From Ranitomeya imitator (Eukaryota), in contig NC_091285.1 of the NCBI RefSeq assembly GCF_032444005.1, positions 19,840,001 to 19,904,000 on the forward strand: a stretch of 64,000 nt of DNA. The letters are read 5' to 3'. A model generated the notes under the pieces. It ran no database searches and had not been told where the DNA came from. It saw nothing but the letters and a program-made list of their open reading frames with translations. Of this stretch, positions 9,201-20,070 are shown in pieces. Position numbers and translations under genes: made by a program. Position 1 is the stretch's first letter. Each line of letters opens with the position of its first letter.

Positions 9201-10001
9201 TCTGTCGTTATTATCCATTAGTTTAAGCCAAAAGGGGTTCAGCTTCCAGACCATGCCACTCCTTGATTGTCCAAATTTGAGTTTAAGTATAATCGGGCTA
9301 TGGTCCGATATCCCCCTATTACCGTGTTCCACGTTATCCACCCATGTTACCAGCCCACTAGAACCAAATATGTAATCTATGCGAGATAGGGATTGTCTAG
9401 TAGATGAGTGACAGGTGTATCCCCGCACTCCAGGGTGACGTATCCGCCACAGGTCAAGCCATCCACTACTCTCTATAAATGATGCCAATTGGGTCGGGGC
9501 CGAAGAGGGGGGCTCCCCAGATCCCCCGTCATCTAGTCTCAATTTATCAAGGCTATTATCCATGACTAAGTTAAAGTCTCCCATACAAATGACTTGTGCG
9601 TCCGGATAATTTAGAGCAAAGCTCATTGCCATCCGGAGAACTGACATACTAGCAGGGGGAGGGTTATAGACACATAAAATCACATATTCGCTAGAATTGA
9701 TTAATGCATGCACAAATACAAATCGGCCATCAGGGTCTCTTCGAGCCTCCTTAGCTTCCCACCTAACATCTCTATGTATTAACAATGAAACTCCTCTCGA
9801 GTAGCTGGTGTGGAAAGCATGTATGTACCATTGTACCCACGGCTTCTGTATATATCGGGCCGTATCCCTGGTCAGATGAGTCTCCACAAGGGCTATTATG
9901 TGAGGGTGGTAGTGCCTGATTTGCGAGAAAACCTTAATTTTCTTTCGGGGGGATTTGATGCCTCGTATATTCCACGTCATGCACACTATTTCAGACCCCA
10001 T
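6234..10001 (-). CDS. L1 ORF2p: APE endonuclease, reverse transcriptase and CCHC domain, 1255 aa
   Basis: TWNIRG...ETH...GDFN...SRIDY...SDH (APE). YRPISL, SLDAAKAFD, GTRQGCPLSP, YADD (RT). CLRC...H..WSC at the C-terminus. No stops. Confidence 0.97.
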   Translation of the reverse strand: MGSEIVCMTWNIRGIKSPRKKIKVFSQIRHYHPHIIALVETHLTRDTARYIQKPWVQWYIHAFHTSYSRGVSLLIHRDVRWEAKEARRDPDGRFVFVHALINSSEYVILCVYNPPPASMSVLRMAMSFALNYPDAQVICMGDFNLVMDNSLDKLRLDDGGSGEPPSSAPTQLASFIESSGWLDLWRIRHPGVRGYTCHSSTRQSLSRIDYIFGSSGLVTWVDNVEHGNRGISDHSPIILKLKFGQSRSGMVWKLNPFWLKLMDNNDRTEDQLNCFISSHPEPQSTNLFWDTLKAYLRGCLSSTITYIKRVTLREDDGVEQRLRDAEAAYIASQTNGNRIEWLTSQRLYTQHMDTKSKRKLFFTRQSYFELGNQTGKFLAYLVRQHNTSNTVLQIRAPDGSLVSTTEEILQCFYDYYESLYSSKSSLGVSQCLDYLSDIIFPTLNPTQRELMDAAFTLEEVEYAIMDMSSGKAPGPDGFPVELYKRYRGILAPLLLKVFQGIWEGGCMPDTFYEANIVILKKEGKDLLDCGSYRPISLVNVDYKIFTKILAIRLNSIILDLIHPDQTGFMPGKNTSINIRRVQSIIQYSSLMSDNNWAIASLDAAKAFDSLEWPFLSACLQRYGFGDKFLGWIRALYMKPTARIIINNSISKSLSLFRGTRQGCPLSPALFALAIEALAIRMRSSPDIRGIDIAGRVDTIGLYADDMVIFMDKAKETLPKVIAIIDVFSKYSGLYINWDKSALLPLSHTPMLNLETLSSLPVVSNFKYLGIYMSQSSNSDLQLNIHPLLELVKSKFASWSKLPLSVAGRINLIKMVLLPKFNYCLQHSAVPVPKFLFTNLNSLITSFIWGKSRPKLKLSVLQRPKQGGGAALPDFFLYYLAGQAKALVTWMPGGYLPNSEHHLLHSARVECPLGFLESERMITPHPLPMLRLARLIWRQIKKIVGYTDIIAEMPLWGNSYFPTLLNHPSTAFWVMHGVTSVGDLHDRGTFVSFEQLQTKHDIPRSQFFRFLQLRSAFQSYMRGVVTGRTISSLPLIGILKSQGPQGLISSLYTYMLSVGAESVIRLIKEKWERLIPDTQEEEWEEILESPMRVSPSVNNRMTQLYIIYQSYLTPVRLFKMGRLHSAECLRCHLSDADFVHMMWSCPVVLQYWKEVTSLLSSIVLAPVPLEPLNCLFGVWGEETWGHHVAIFLRESLFMARKVVAMWWMGGSCPSLRAWVELVNSIIPYERTLYQNRGCPGKFEKIWSGWNSSHLTL

Positions 10002-10311
10002 GTCTATTCATCCAAATATGATACATGCTATTATTCAGGCAAAGATCAAAGGTGGTACATAGGAAGCAATAGCATTGTCGACGGCAGTTTCTACTTAAAT
10101 AACAGAGAAAACCAGTAAAAGAAGAAAAATTGAACAAAAACCAAACAGTATAGGAGCAACGTCCTGTGCTCCCATTGTTAAAGAAATAAGGGGATACCCC
10201 TGCTGGATTCAGCGTCCGGTATAGTTGGTAATCTGGACTTCTCCAGAGAGAGCTCCTTATTTAGTAATCCAAAGAGTTCTACTTGACTAAACATATTCAG
10301 GATTCCTTTAC

Positions 10312-11205
10312 TCAAGACTCCCCATGAGATCGTAGCCATTCGGTCACCTCCGCCGGATCCGTGAAAAACACCGAAGAACCCTTGTAGACAACACGGAGCC
10401 GGGCCGGGAAGACCATTGAATAGATGATATTTTTGTCTCTGAGTTGCTTCTTGATCTCCATAAATCTGGCCCTTTGTTTTTGAAGTTCCACTGAGAAATC
10501 CGGGAAGATCGAGATTACAGCATTATCGAATTTAATAGGGCTTTTCTGCCGTGCCAACCGTAAAATAGTATCTCTATCCTTGCAATTGAGGATCCGTGCC
10601 AGAAAAGGTCTAGGAGGGGTCCCGGGAGGAAGAGATTTTGTGGGTACTCGATGGGCTCTTTCCACAGCAAATGTCGATGAGAATTCATCTCCCAGAGAAG
10701 ATTTGAGCCACCCCTCCAGGAATGCCTCAGGTTGTTGACCCTCTGAACGCTCCGGCAGACCAATGATACGGATATTATTCCGGCGTAGTCTGTTCTCTAG
10801 GTCATCTGCCTTTTGTTTCCAGGCATTTATAGAGCCGGCTACTTTTGTCAACTTGGCCTCCATGGGTGTGATGGTATCTTCCACATGTGATACCCTCTCC
10901 TCTACTTCTGTAATGCGTCCCTTCATAGTCTGCATATCTTGACGGAGACGTCCCACCTCGGTGTGTACATCCTCTATCTTCTCAGTGAGAGATGTTCTGG
11001 TTAGGGAAATAGCTTGCATTAACTGGTCCGACGCTTGTTTAAGCGTCAGTTCCTCCTGTTCACTTCCCTCAGTACCATCAGAGGGACGATTTTTGCGTTG
11101 CATTTGAGAGGGGTTATTTCTCAGGTTACGTGTGTTATCAGAGGGATCAATTCTGGCAAATTCCTTCAGTTTGTCAGCTGCCCCTGAGCCCTTAGTGCGC
11201 TGCAT
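10312..11205 (-). CDS. L1 ORF1p (coiled coil, RRM, CTD), 297 aa
   Basis: First ATG at 11205 (MQRTKGSG...); the ORF-track start at 11259 is non-ATG. DLENRLRRNNIRIIGLPE, VERAHR, IFPDFS and FPARLRV motifs. Confidence 0.95.
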   Translation of the reverse strand: MQRTKGSGAADKLKEFARIDPSDNTRNLRNNPSQMQRKNRPSDGTEGSEQEELTLKQASDQLMQAISLTRTSLTEKIEDVHTEVGRLRQDMQTMKGRITEVEERVSHVEDTITPMEAKLTKVAGSINAWKQKADDLENRLRRNNIRIIGLPERSEGQQPEAFLEGWLKSSLGDEFSSTFAVERAHRVPTKSLPPGTPPRPFLARILNCKDRDTILRLARQKSPIKFDNAVISIFPDFSVELQKQRARFMEIKKQLRDKNIIYSMVFPARLRVVYKGSSVFFTDPAEVTEWLRSHGES

Positions 11206-11973
11206 GATTAGCAAGGTCAGAGTCACAGTATATATATATAAGCCCAGCAAAGTTATCACAGGATGGTGATTGCAGCAAACTGAAGTTTAAGTTATAAGTG
11301 GGGCAATCTCAAAGTTCCACTGGGGTGCCACGCACCAGGGAAGGTTCACTGTGCCTGCAGTGTCAGCAGCCAAAAGAGGGATCCAAAGCCCTCAGGGGTA
11401 ATGGCACCGAGAAGTGGAGTGTCTTATATATGAGGAGCGCAGGGCCCAATCTTCCAGGGCACACACCGCGCGTCCTCCCAATGTGTCCCGGATATGTGCT
11501 CGCACCCCCACTCCTACAGTGCTGCAGAGATATTAAGATGGCGCCGCGTCTTCAACTGCCGAAGCGCGCGCTCTGAGGGTGACAGCCGCCCCACACAGGC
11601 ACCACCTTCGCCCCAGTCTCTCACTCACCCGGTGCACCGCTAGCTCTCAGCGCTCACCGCTAGTGTCGGTAATCGCCTGGTGATCAGAGCGCGGCCCCGT
11701 CCCGATTCAGAGCGGCACCGCGCTTCTCCTCGCAAAGCACGCTCTGCCCAAGATGGCCGCTTCCCAGCCGCGGGTCCCGAGATCTTTAGTCCCCGCAGCT
11801 CCCCGGCCAAATCGATCTCTCGGCAGGGTCCCGGAAAGTCGCCTGGAGTCTAGGGGGTTCGGCGGTGGTGAATATATCACCGTATGCAGGGGTCTTGGTG
11901 CAGGATATTCAGAAGGATTGGGGAGCTCTCTCGCAGTGCGTCCTCTCTCCTTCACTACATAGCCACGCCCCCC

Positions 11974-13060
11974 TCAGCAATGAAGATTTTGGGCCTCCTG
12001 ACAGCTTGCATCCCCTGTGTCTGGTGGGCCCAGTTCCACTCGAAACATTGTAGAGGGACATTTTGTCCGTCTGGGACCGGTGCCAGATATCAATCGACAG
12101 AGGAGTGTCCTTATCCCCTGTGGTAAGAAGATCACTACTCTGGTGGACTCGGCTGGAAAATCTGCAGTTATGCATTCCTTGGATCTCCTCACCTTGCGTA
12201 GTGATAACTACGGATGCCAGCAAGGAAAGATGGGGAGCGCACATGGAAGGAAGGATTCTTCAGGGCCGATGGCCTTCAGAGATCCGGTCCAAGTCATCAA
12301 ACTACATGAAGCTCTACGTGGTGTGGGAAGCCCTAAGGCGAAATCAATTGTGGCTAAAGGGGCAACATGTCAAAATCTTATTGGAAAATGTAACGATGGT
12401 ATCTTTCTTGCGACACCAGGGGGGCCCCAAACACGGTGTTCTCCAGGATCTGGGGTACAGAATCTTTTCCGGGCAAAGAAGACTGTCCTTTCGGTGGCAG
12501 CAGTTCATCTCGAGGGATCTCAAAACATAGTGGAGGATTACCTGAGCAGACAAAAGGTCTGGCTGACAGAATGGGAACTAAACGAGGAGGTATTCCAGCA
12601 CTTGTGCCATCTTTGGGGTACACCTCAAATAGACCTATTTGCGACCAGAAAGAATTCAAAAGTCACCAGATTCTACTGTCTGAATGCCGCGGACAATCCA
12701 GAAGTGGTCGACGCGTTGAGTCAGAGGTGGGACAGGTCACTGTCTTATTCCTTTCCTCCAATTTTATTATTATTATTATTATACATTTTTATAGCGCCAT
12801 TTATTCCATGGCGCTTTACATGTGAATACGGGGCAAATATAGACAAATACATTAAACATGAGCAGATAACAAGGCACACGAGTACATAAGGAGGGAGGAC
12901 CCTGCCCGCGAGGGCTCACAGTCTGCAGGGGGTGGGTGAGGATACACTAGGAGAGGGAAGGGCTGGCTGTGCGGCCAATGGCACTTATCCCAAGAGTACT
13001 CAGGAAGATCCAGAAGGATCAGGCGAGGGTACTTCTGATCGTACCATATTGGCCAAAGAG
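11974..13060 (+). mobile_element. DIRS1-like retrotransposon, right part (RNase H and methyltransferase-like domain)
   Basis: Removing the L1 and one TSD restores IREFLRSPASIRSAMKI|LGLLTACIPCVWWAQFHS. TTDASKERWGAH (RNase H). PQIDLFATRKN...SFPP...LIPRVLRKI...LIVPYWP (MT-like). No tyrosine recombinase was seen. Confidence 0.82.
12763..12974 (-). mobile_element. 5'-truncated L2/CR1-type LINE 3' end inserted in the DIRS MT domain
   Basis: (TTA)n microsatellite tail at the left edge. ccaat is duplicated at 12758-12762 and 12975-12979. The DIRS frame FPP|MALIPRVLRK resumes after it. Confidence 0.65.
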
Positions 13061-13424
13061 AAGTGTTAATCTTCTACTAACAGCATTTTCTAATCATGCA
13101 GGAGATTAGACCAGAAGATCAGAGCTGTATTTCTACATCTCACAAACTGAGAAACCTGTTTGTGTTCTTCTTTCGCCTGTATGTTGCTGCCTGCTTATGA
13201 TTGGTCAGTGTCATACAGGGAGAGGAAGTACATGACCCAGGTGAAAACTATCTGATAACTAATTAGGTGACAAATACTTTGATTGCTAAAATCTCTGCAG
13301 TAAAGAGAAGTAAAAATGTAGTAAAGATGCAAAAAAAATGTTTTATACTATTTTGCAGTTACTATTACATTGTATGTCCAGTTCAACATGAAAAGTTTGA
13401 TGAAAGGTCATAATGAAAGTGAAT

Positions 13425-13820
13425 TGGTCACCAGGTTTTTGTGTAATCTGAGAGCAGCATATTGTAGAGGCTGAGTCACTTACTTTACTACTTGCTGTAC
13501 TTTTGATAAAATCTCCAGGAAATTATTACCACAGGACTAGTCAAATTACTGCATGTAGTTATGTTTATTCATGAGCTTCCACCACTGATTGGCAGCTTTC
13601 TGTCTATGCACAGTTTAGATAGGAAGCTGCCAATGAGCAGTGTAGGTGGGGTTATAAATTGCTCAGCTTTTATAGAACTGGTAGATCTGCATCAGATTAA
13701 AATTATTAAAACTGCAGCAAACAGCCAGTAAGTGATACATCGCTGGAATGGGGGTCCCTGCCCCTACATCCTTCTGCTCTCAGATGGGATAATAAAAACT
13801 TGGTGACAGATTCCCATTAA
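13425..13820. mobile_element. Degenerate T2/Kolobok-type MITE
   Basis: The right end ggtgacagattcccattaa resembles the T2 TIR plus TTAA. The interior resembles the fragment at 2775-2910. Confidence 0.5.
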
Positions 13821-14030
13821 GCAACGTTCTCAAACGGGACTATATACAGACCTTATTGTAGTCAATAACTCGACTATGAAAGCAGAAAAACGCAGAGTTG
13901 GGATCTGTTGAAAAATATCATAGCAAGTACTATTCACTGGATGGAAATTGCCAATTGAAGGAAATTGGGACCAAAATAATTTGATTTGTTAAATGGATCA
14001 CAAATAAACTTTCGATTTTGATCTCATTAA

Positions 14031-15068
14031 CCCCTTTCCGACATCAGGTCTAATAGTACACTCCCCCTGAGCTTGTGCCTTTCTGTGCACATGCCAGCTG
14101 ATGTATACAGTTGACATATGTACGCAACAGCCGCGTGTGGAATTGCGATCCACCCATGGCTGTTAACTAGTTAAGTGCCGCAGTCAATCTCTGACAGCTG
14201 CATTTAACTCGCGCTTCCGGGAAGCACGCCAGAAATCCCGCCCATCAGTGACCCCCGTCACATAATCGCGGGTCACCGATGGGTCGGCATGACAACCAGA
14301 GGTCTCCAGCAGACCTCTATGGTTGTCACTGCCGGGTTGCTAGTGACCATTTCTGCTACACACAGGAAATCTGATCATCACCTGTATGCCTGTATGTAGC
14401 AGAGCCGATAAAAGTACTGCAGCTTCTAGTCTCCCATGGAGACTATTGAGGCATGCAAAAAGTTAAAAAATGTTTCTAAAAATATAAAAAATATATAAAA
14501 GTTCAAATCACCCCCCTTTTGTCCCACTCAAAATGAAACAATAAAAAAATCAAATATACACATATTTGGTATTGCCATGTTCAGAATCGCCTGATCTATC
14601 AATATAAGAAAAAATTAACCTGATCACTAAACGAAGTAACGAGAAAAAAACTAAAAATGCCAGAATTCATTTTTTTTGTTGCCTCAACATTGTATTTAAA
14701 TGCAATAAGGGGCGATTAAGATTAAGAGATTTTATTTGCACCAAAATGGTATCATTAAAAATGTCAGCTTGGCACTCAAAAAAGTCAGTTTTAGCATATA
14801 GTGGACATTGTAAAACAAAATGCAAAAAAACAACTGTGGGATTGCACTTTTTTTTGCAATTTCACCGCAGTTGGAATTTTTTTCCTGTTTTCCAGTACAC
14901 GATATGTTAAAACCGAAGGAGTCGTTCAAAAGTACAACTCGTCCCGCAAAAAACAAGCCCTCACATGGCCATTTTTGACCAAAAAAGTAAAAAAAAGTTA
15001 AGGCTCTGGGTAGAAAGGGAGCAAAAAACTAAAATGCAAAAACAAAAATACCTCTGGTCGTTAAGGGG
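14031..15068. mobile_element. Non-autonomous piggyBac-like element
   Basis: TTAA|cccctttccgac ... gtcgttaagggg|TTAA (14027-14030, 15069-15072). Confidence 0.75.
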
Positions 15069-15242
15069 TTAACAAAACTGATTTTAAAAGTGACAAATCT
15101 CTTGTTTTTCTTCTGGATAAAAATGGATGATTTTTGCTCTAGTCATCCGAATTTTTGTTTTTATGTCCATATAATGTCCATTGTACACCTCAACAATTTA
15201 ACAAATACATATAATAATATAATAATGATAAATATAATAATA

Positions 15243-16037
15243 CTAGATGATGGTCTAACGCATCGGGTATTCTAGAATATGTCGCACTGTGACTGACAGA
15301 ACTTGTTCAGTAAACATGAGTGAACTACGTGACACTGTGACTGACAGAGCTTATTCAGTAAACATGACTGAACTACGTGGCACTGTGACTGACAGAACTT
15401 GTTCAGTAAATGTGACTGAACTACGTGGGACTGTGACTGACAGAACTTGTTCAGTAAACGTGACTGAACTACGTGGCACTGTGACTGACAGAACTTGTTC
15501 AGTAAACGTGACTGAACTACGTGGCACTGTGACTGACAGAACTTGTCCAGTAAACGTGACTTAACTACGTGACACTGTGACTGACAGAACTTGTTCAGTA
15601 AACGTGACTGAACTACGTGAACTGTGACTGACAGAACTTGCTCAGTAAATGTGACTGAACTACATGGCACTGTGACTGACAGAACTTGTCCAGTAAACGT
15701 GACTGAACTACGTGACACTGTGACTGATAGAACTTGTTCAGTAAACGTGACTGAACTACGTGGCACTGGGACTGACAGAACTTGTTCAGTAAACGTGACT
15801 GAACTACGTGCCACTGTGACTGACAGAACTTGTCCAGTAAACGTGACTGAACTACGTGACACTGTGACTGACAGAAGTTGTTCAGTAAACGTGACTGAAC
15901 TACGTGACACTGTGACTGACAGAACTTGTTCAGTAAACGTGACTGAACTGCGTGGCACTGTGACTGACAGAACTTCGCCAATCAGCGACGCGGGATTTCC
16001 GTTACAGACAGACAGAATTAGACGATTATATAGTAGA
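15243..16037 (-). mobile_element. Non-autonomous Helitron carrying a 48-bp minisatellite
   Basis: The minus strand reads A|TCTACTATATAA...CATCTAG|T: 5' TC, 3' CTAG, inserted between A and T, no TSD. The subterminal hairpin is not clearly intact. Confidence 0.7.
15285..15975 (+). repeat. 48-bp minisatellite, about 14 copies
   Basis: Unit cactgtgactgacagaacttgttcagtaaacgtgactgaactacgtgg. 1-nt deletion near 15620. Confidence 0.97.
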
Positions 16038-17435
16038 TTCCAAATACAGTTTTCAATGTTAATAATTGTAATGGACCCTTAAAACATAGGATGTGATATG
16101 GATGATGTCCACATGACATCAGTTTTCTCAAATGCATTAAGTGAGTTTAAAGGGAACCTGACAGCGTGTACCATGGGCAGCATGAATCAGATACAGGCGA
16201 CATTACTGCAGCCGGATGTTTAGCTCTGAAGTGCTGCGGCATTTCAGACAAAGCACACTTCTGACTGACAGATCTTTCCCTATGGATGCAGGGGAGTAGG
16301 ACGGTGAAAAAAACGCCAGCAATGTGTCTCTTGGACTAGACATCTGAAACATATAGAGCTTAATTTATTATCGCATTTGATTCCGTTTTTTTGTGTTTTG
16401 CGCCATTTCTTTTGTTTGCACCAAGTTCATCTTTACATTTGCGCCTTTTTATGTTTATTTTATTCGTGCTCACCTGATGGTTTTTTTTTTATTTAATTTC
16501 ACCACTGGGGCAAAATTTGCTGTTTCCAGATGTTTTCGCCCGATTCATCATCTGTGAGTTCTCCAAAAGTCGCAAAATTTGTCCTAACTGTTCTCCAATC
16601 CTCCTCACTTTTACTAACATATATGCAATATTTACGTACACCTGAAGTTTTTACACAATTGATATAAAATTTGAACAAATATGTAACTTTTTGAGCTTAA
16701 AATTCCAAAAAGGAATACAAGAAACTGCATTTTTGACTCTGAGCAAAATTTTGGAAGGATTTTCATGAATTTTACGGAAAAAAAATCAACAAATATCCCA
16801 AGAAAGTCACTTAAAACCACAAAAGTATGAATCGGGACCATAGTCCCCGGTTTGGCTTTCGAAACTGTGTGGTCTCTGAAACACCTGACCACAGTGTCTT
16901 AGAGTAAAACAAACATGGCGGCAGTGTGTGATTCGTGCCACCTGTTGTTCGATAATTGTTTTGCTTTGTGTGTTGTCTGTATACAAAATGGATACGGGCA
17001 TTATACAGAGCGTGCTGAACCCCACATCGGGAACGGCACCATCTGCTTGTGTCATTCTTGGATCTTACCTCAGTAATCTGTGATCGACATTTGATATGAG
17101 ATCCTTGTGCTGTTAATCTCACTCTTGTCCTTAGCAACCAATCACAACGCAGCTTTCATTTTACCTGAGCAGTTTTAAAAATGAAAGCCGAGCTCCGATT
17201 GGTTGCTCTGGGCAACAGACAGTGTTTTTTTTTATCCAGTGTTCATAAATGAGGCCTAGTGTGCGTGTATGTCACAGCAGAGCATTGTCCCAAATTCAGG
17301 ACTGTCCCACTATATCTGGGACGGATGGGACCTATGGATTTTGTTTTTGGTCATTCATTCGTAGCTGTAGCAGCCAGAACTTTTTAATTTTTACATAAAC
17401 TTCACTATATGAGGTCCTGTTTTTTGTGTCACTAA

Positions 17436-17852
17436 GGTCGTGTTCACATGTTGCGTAAATAGTGTTTTTTTTTTCAGCACATTTTCTGTAAGTTTCCGCA
17501 CCAAACTACGTAATAACAATCTACACTGCTTTTTGTCTTTTTTTGTGGCATTTTTTATGCATTTTCCCCCTTATTTGAAGCCTTGTTTGTACGGACTTGA
17601 AGCAGGCTTTTAATGTGTTTTTTTATATAGATTTATTCTGCACCTAAAAAAGCAATGTATGTTTTTTACATGCGCATTTTTCAGACTCCATATTGAAGCC
17701 TATAGAGAAAAAAAAAGCACCAAAACCACAACGTTCAGCAGCGTCTTTAGATGCACAGTGGGCAGAGTTTTCCTAAAATCACATCCACTTTGCTTGGACA
17801 GTTAACGCAGATTTTTTATGCGAAAACATTTGCGATACATGTGAACACGGTC
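17436..17852. mobile_element. PIF/Harbinger-like MITE
   Basis: TAA|ggtcgtgttcacatg ... catgtgaacacggtc|TAA. Confidence 0.6.
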
Positions 17853-18377
17853 TAAATGTCCAAGAAAAGTGGATGTAATTTCATGAAAACTCTGCCCTCT
17901 GTGAGTCCAAAGACGATGTTGAACTGTGCAATTTTTGGTGCATTTTTTCCCTATAAGCTTCTACATGGAACCTGAAAAAAACACATGTAAGAAAACTGCA
18001 GTTGTATTTTTAGGCGCAGAATCAAAGCTTTTCTGTACAGTAAAAAAAAAGCATTAAAAAACGCTGCCTCAATTCTGCACCAAAAATGCATCAAATAAGG
18101 GGGACGGGTATTAAAAAAATGCAGTGAAAACGCAATAATCAGAAAAGATTGTTGTTGCATCTTGTGGTGCAGACACCTGCAGAAAATGTGCAGATGAAAA
18201 GTAGAAGAAAAAAATGCAGCATTTACGCTATGTATAAAAACAGCCTCAGTGTTAAATTTTTATTAACTGTTTTATGGATAGAATTGAGTGAATGAATGGA
18301 GAAATAAAATCAATCACTCCATTTTTATGCCATTTATCAATCATGCATGCTCACATTCCTTCTCTGGGGCCTCTATT

Positions 18378-18740
18378 TCTGCCCTTTTGCGTGCTGCATT
18401 GTCCTCCATTTCTGCCTTTTCGTGTGCTACGCTGTCTTCCATTTCTGCCTTCTCGTGTGCTACGCTGTCTTCCATTTCTGCCTTCTCGTGTGCTACGCTG
18501 TCTTCCATTTCTGCCTTCTCGTGTGCTACGCTGTCTTCCATTTCTGCCTTCTCGTGTGCTACGCTGTCTTCCATTTCTGCCTTCTCGTGTGCTACGCTGT
18601 CTTCCATTTCTGCCTTCTCGTGTGCTACGCTGTCTTCCATTTCTGCCTTCTCGTGTGCTACGCTGTCTTCCATTTCTGCCTTCTCACGTGCTGCGCTCAT
18701 TTCCATTTCTGCTCTCTTGAACGCTGTGCTCGCTTCCATT
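18378..18740 (-). repeat. 33-bp in-frame repeat (11 aa; EMEDSVAHEKA x8 plus 3 diverged units) in a coiled-coil-like ORF remnant
   Basis: ORF 18341..18781(-). Eight near-identical units flanked by diverged units that keep the E-M-E periodicity. Confidence 0.9.
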
Positions 18741-20070
18741 TCTTCCTTCTTGCGCTCTGCTCCAGCTGCTTCCACTTCCACCTCTCTTTTCTTTTGCTTG
18801 TATCATAATAGCCTCAGCCTCTGCATGTGCTCTTATAAGTTGTTCAGTGAGTGTTGAAGGTTTTAAAGAGCATTATAGATGATCGTTTGGACTCCCTGGC
18901 AAACCCAGCAATGTAAGGCCTCTTTCACACTTCCGTCTTTTGTCTCACGTCGAAATCCGTCGAGTTTTGAAAAAACAGGATCCTGCAAATTTTTCTGCTG
19001 GATCTTGTTTTTTCCCATAGACGGATTAGCGACGGATTGTGACGGATGGCCTCTCGTTTCATCCGTCGTGCACTGGATCCGTCGGAAAACTGCGGTCCGT
19101 CGGGCGGAGAAAACGTTCAGAGGAACGTTTTTTGTGCATGTCGGAAAATCGCTCAGCGACTGGTCCTGCGCTGTCCGGATGGAAGCCTATGGACGCAGGA
19201 TCCGTCACTGAGCATCACACACAGCAGCAACGTATCCTGTTTTTCCACTTGGAGCATGCCTGGAAAGATTTGAAGTCTGGGAAAAGTGCTTCATGGCAAG
19301 TTTATAGGCCCCTCGGGACATATGTTTAAAGCTGTGACCAACCCCTGCCAAAAAAAGATAACTAAATTTTGTTTACTGATGTTAAAAGAAAATTAAAGAG
19401 TTTCAAGTTGATGTTTGTTGTGTCAGTCATTGCATGGGAGCTTCTGGTGGTTGGTTCGGGTCTCGGCGGTCTACTTCTGAAAGCAGCTGAGTCAACCCCT
19501 CACACTTTATAGAAGTTGCAGACTGGCTTTACAGATGTATCTGGCAAAAGTCTTTTTTACTATTTTTACTCTATAACAAGGCTGCAAGTGTAGGGCACTG
19601 GACACAACTTTTCTACGCTGCCTGTATGAACCAAAACTTACACATATATCATCAGATAGCTGGAACTCGACTGCAGGAGGCACAAATGAAGATTCCAGAA
19701 GAAAGTTAATTTTCCAGCTGAATTATTGTCTAAGCTGCAAACACATGAGCTTCTAAGATGGCTGATAGACAGAAAATGAAGAAAAAGTGAAGGATGACTG
19801 ACATCAAAGCAAGAGGGAGAGACAGGGAGAAAAGGACAAACTTCTAAAGAGAGGCAAACCTTATTGCATAGCAATAAAACAACACAATAATACAATACTG
19901 TCTGTATGTTTCCCAAATCATGGGGCATGATAGGGTTAGTGGCTTCAGGAAACACTACAAGATTTCAGGAGGCTTAGGTGGTAAATATATTTTATATCAT
20001 AGAAGATCAGAAAAATGTTTACCATAAAATGTAGTTTAAAAACAGGTCATTTTCTGGTGCTCCTTTGTCT

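Larger units (their letters stand above)
5908..11973 (-). mobile_element. Full-length L1 (LINE-1 clade) with two intact ORFs
   Basis: 17-bp TSD tcagcaatgaagatttt (5895-5911, 11974-11990; the T end overlaps the tail). Poly(A) is the T run at 5908-5919 and AATAAA is at 5932-5927. The 5' end is GGGGGGCGTGGC with a CpG-rich 5' UTR. Confidence 0.96.

Noticed and set aside
11298-11576. Antisense ORF in the L1 5' UTR as an ORF0 analogue
   Set aside because: It has a non-ATG start and no motif, and is expected by chance in GC-rich sequence.
15285-15975. 48-bp array as a CRISPR array or repetitive protein
   Set aside because: The units are contiguous with no unique spacers, there are no cas genes, the context is eukaryotic, and a 1-nt deletion breaks the frame.
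16632-17137. Overlapping minus-strand ORFs as an exon of an unknown gene
   Set aside because: No recognisable domain or convincing splice pair could be found by eye; it cannot be supported without a search.
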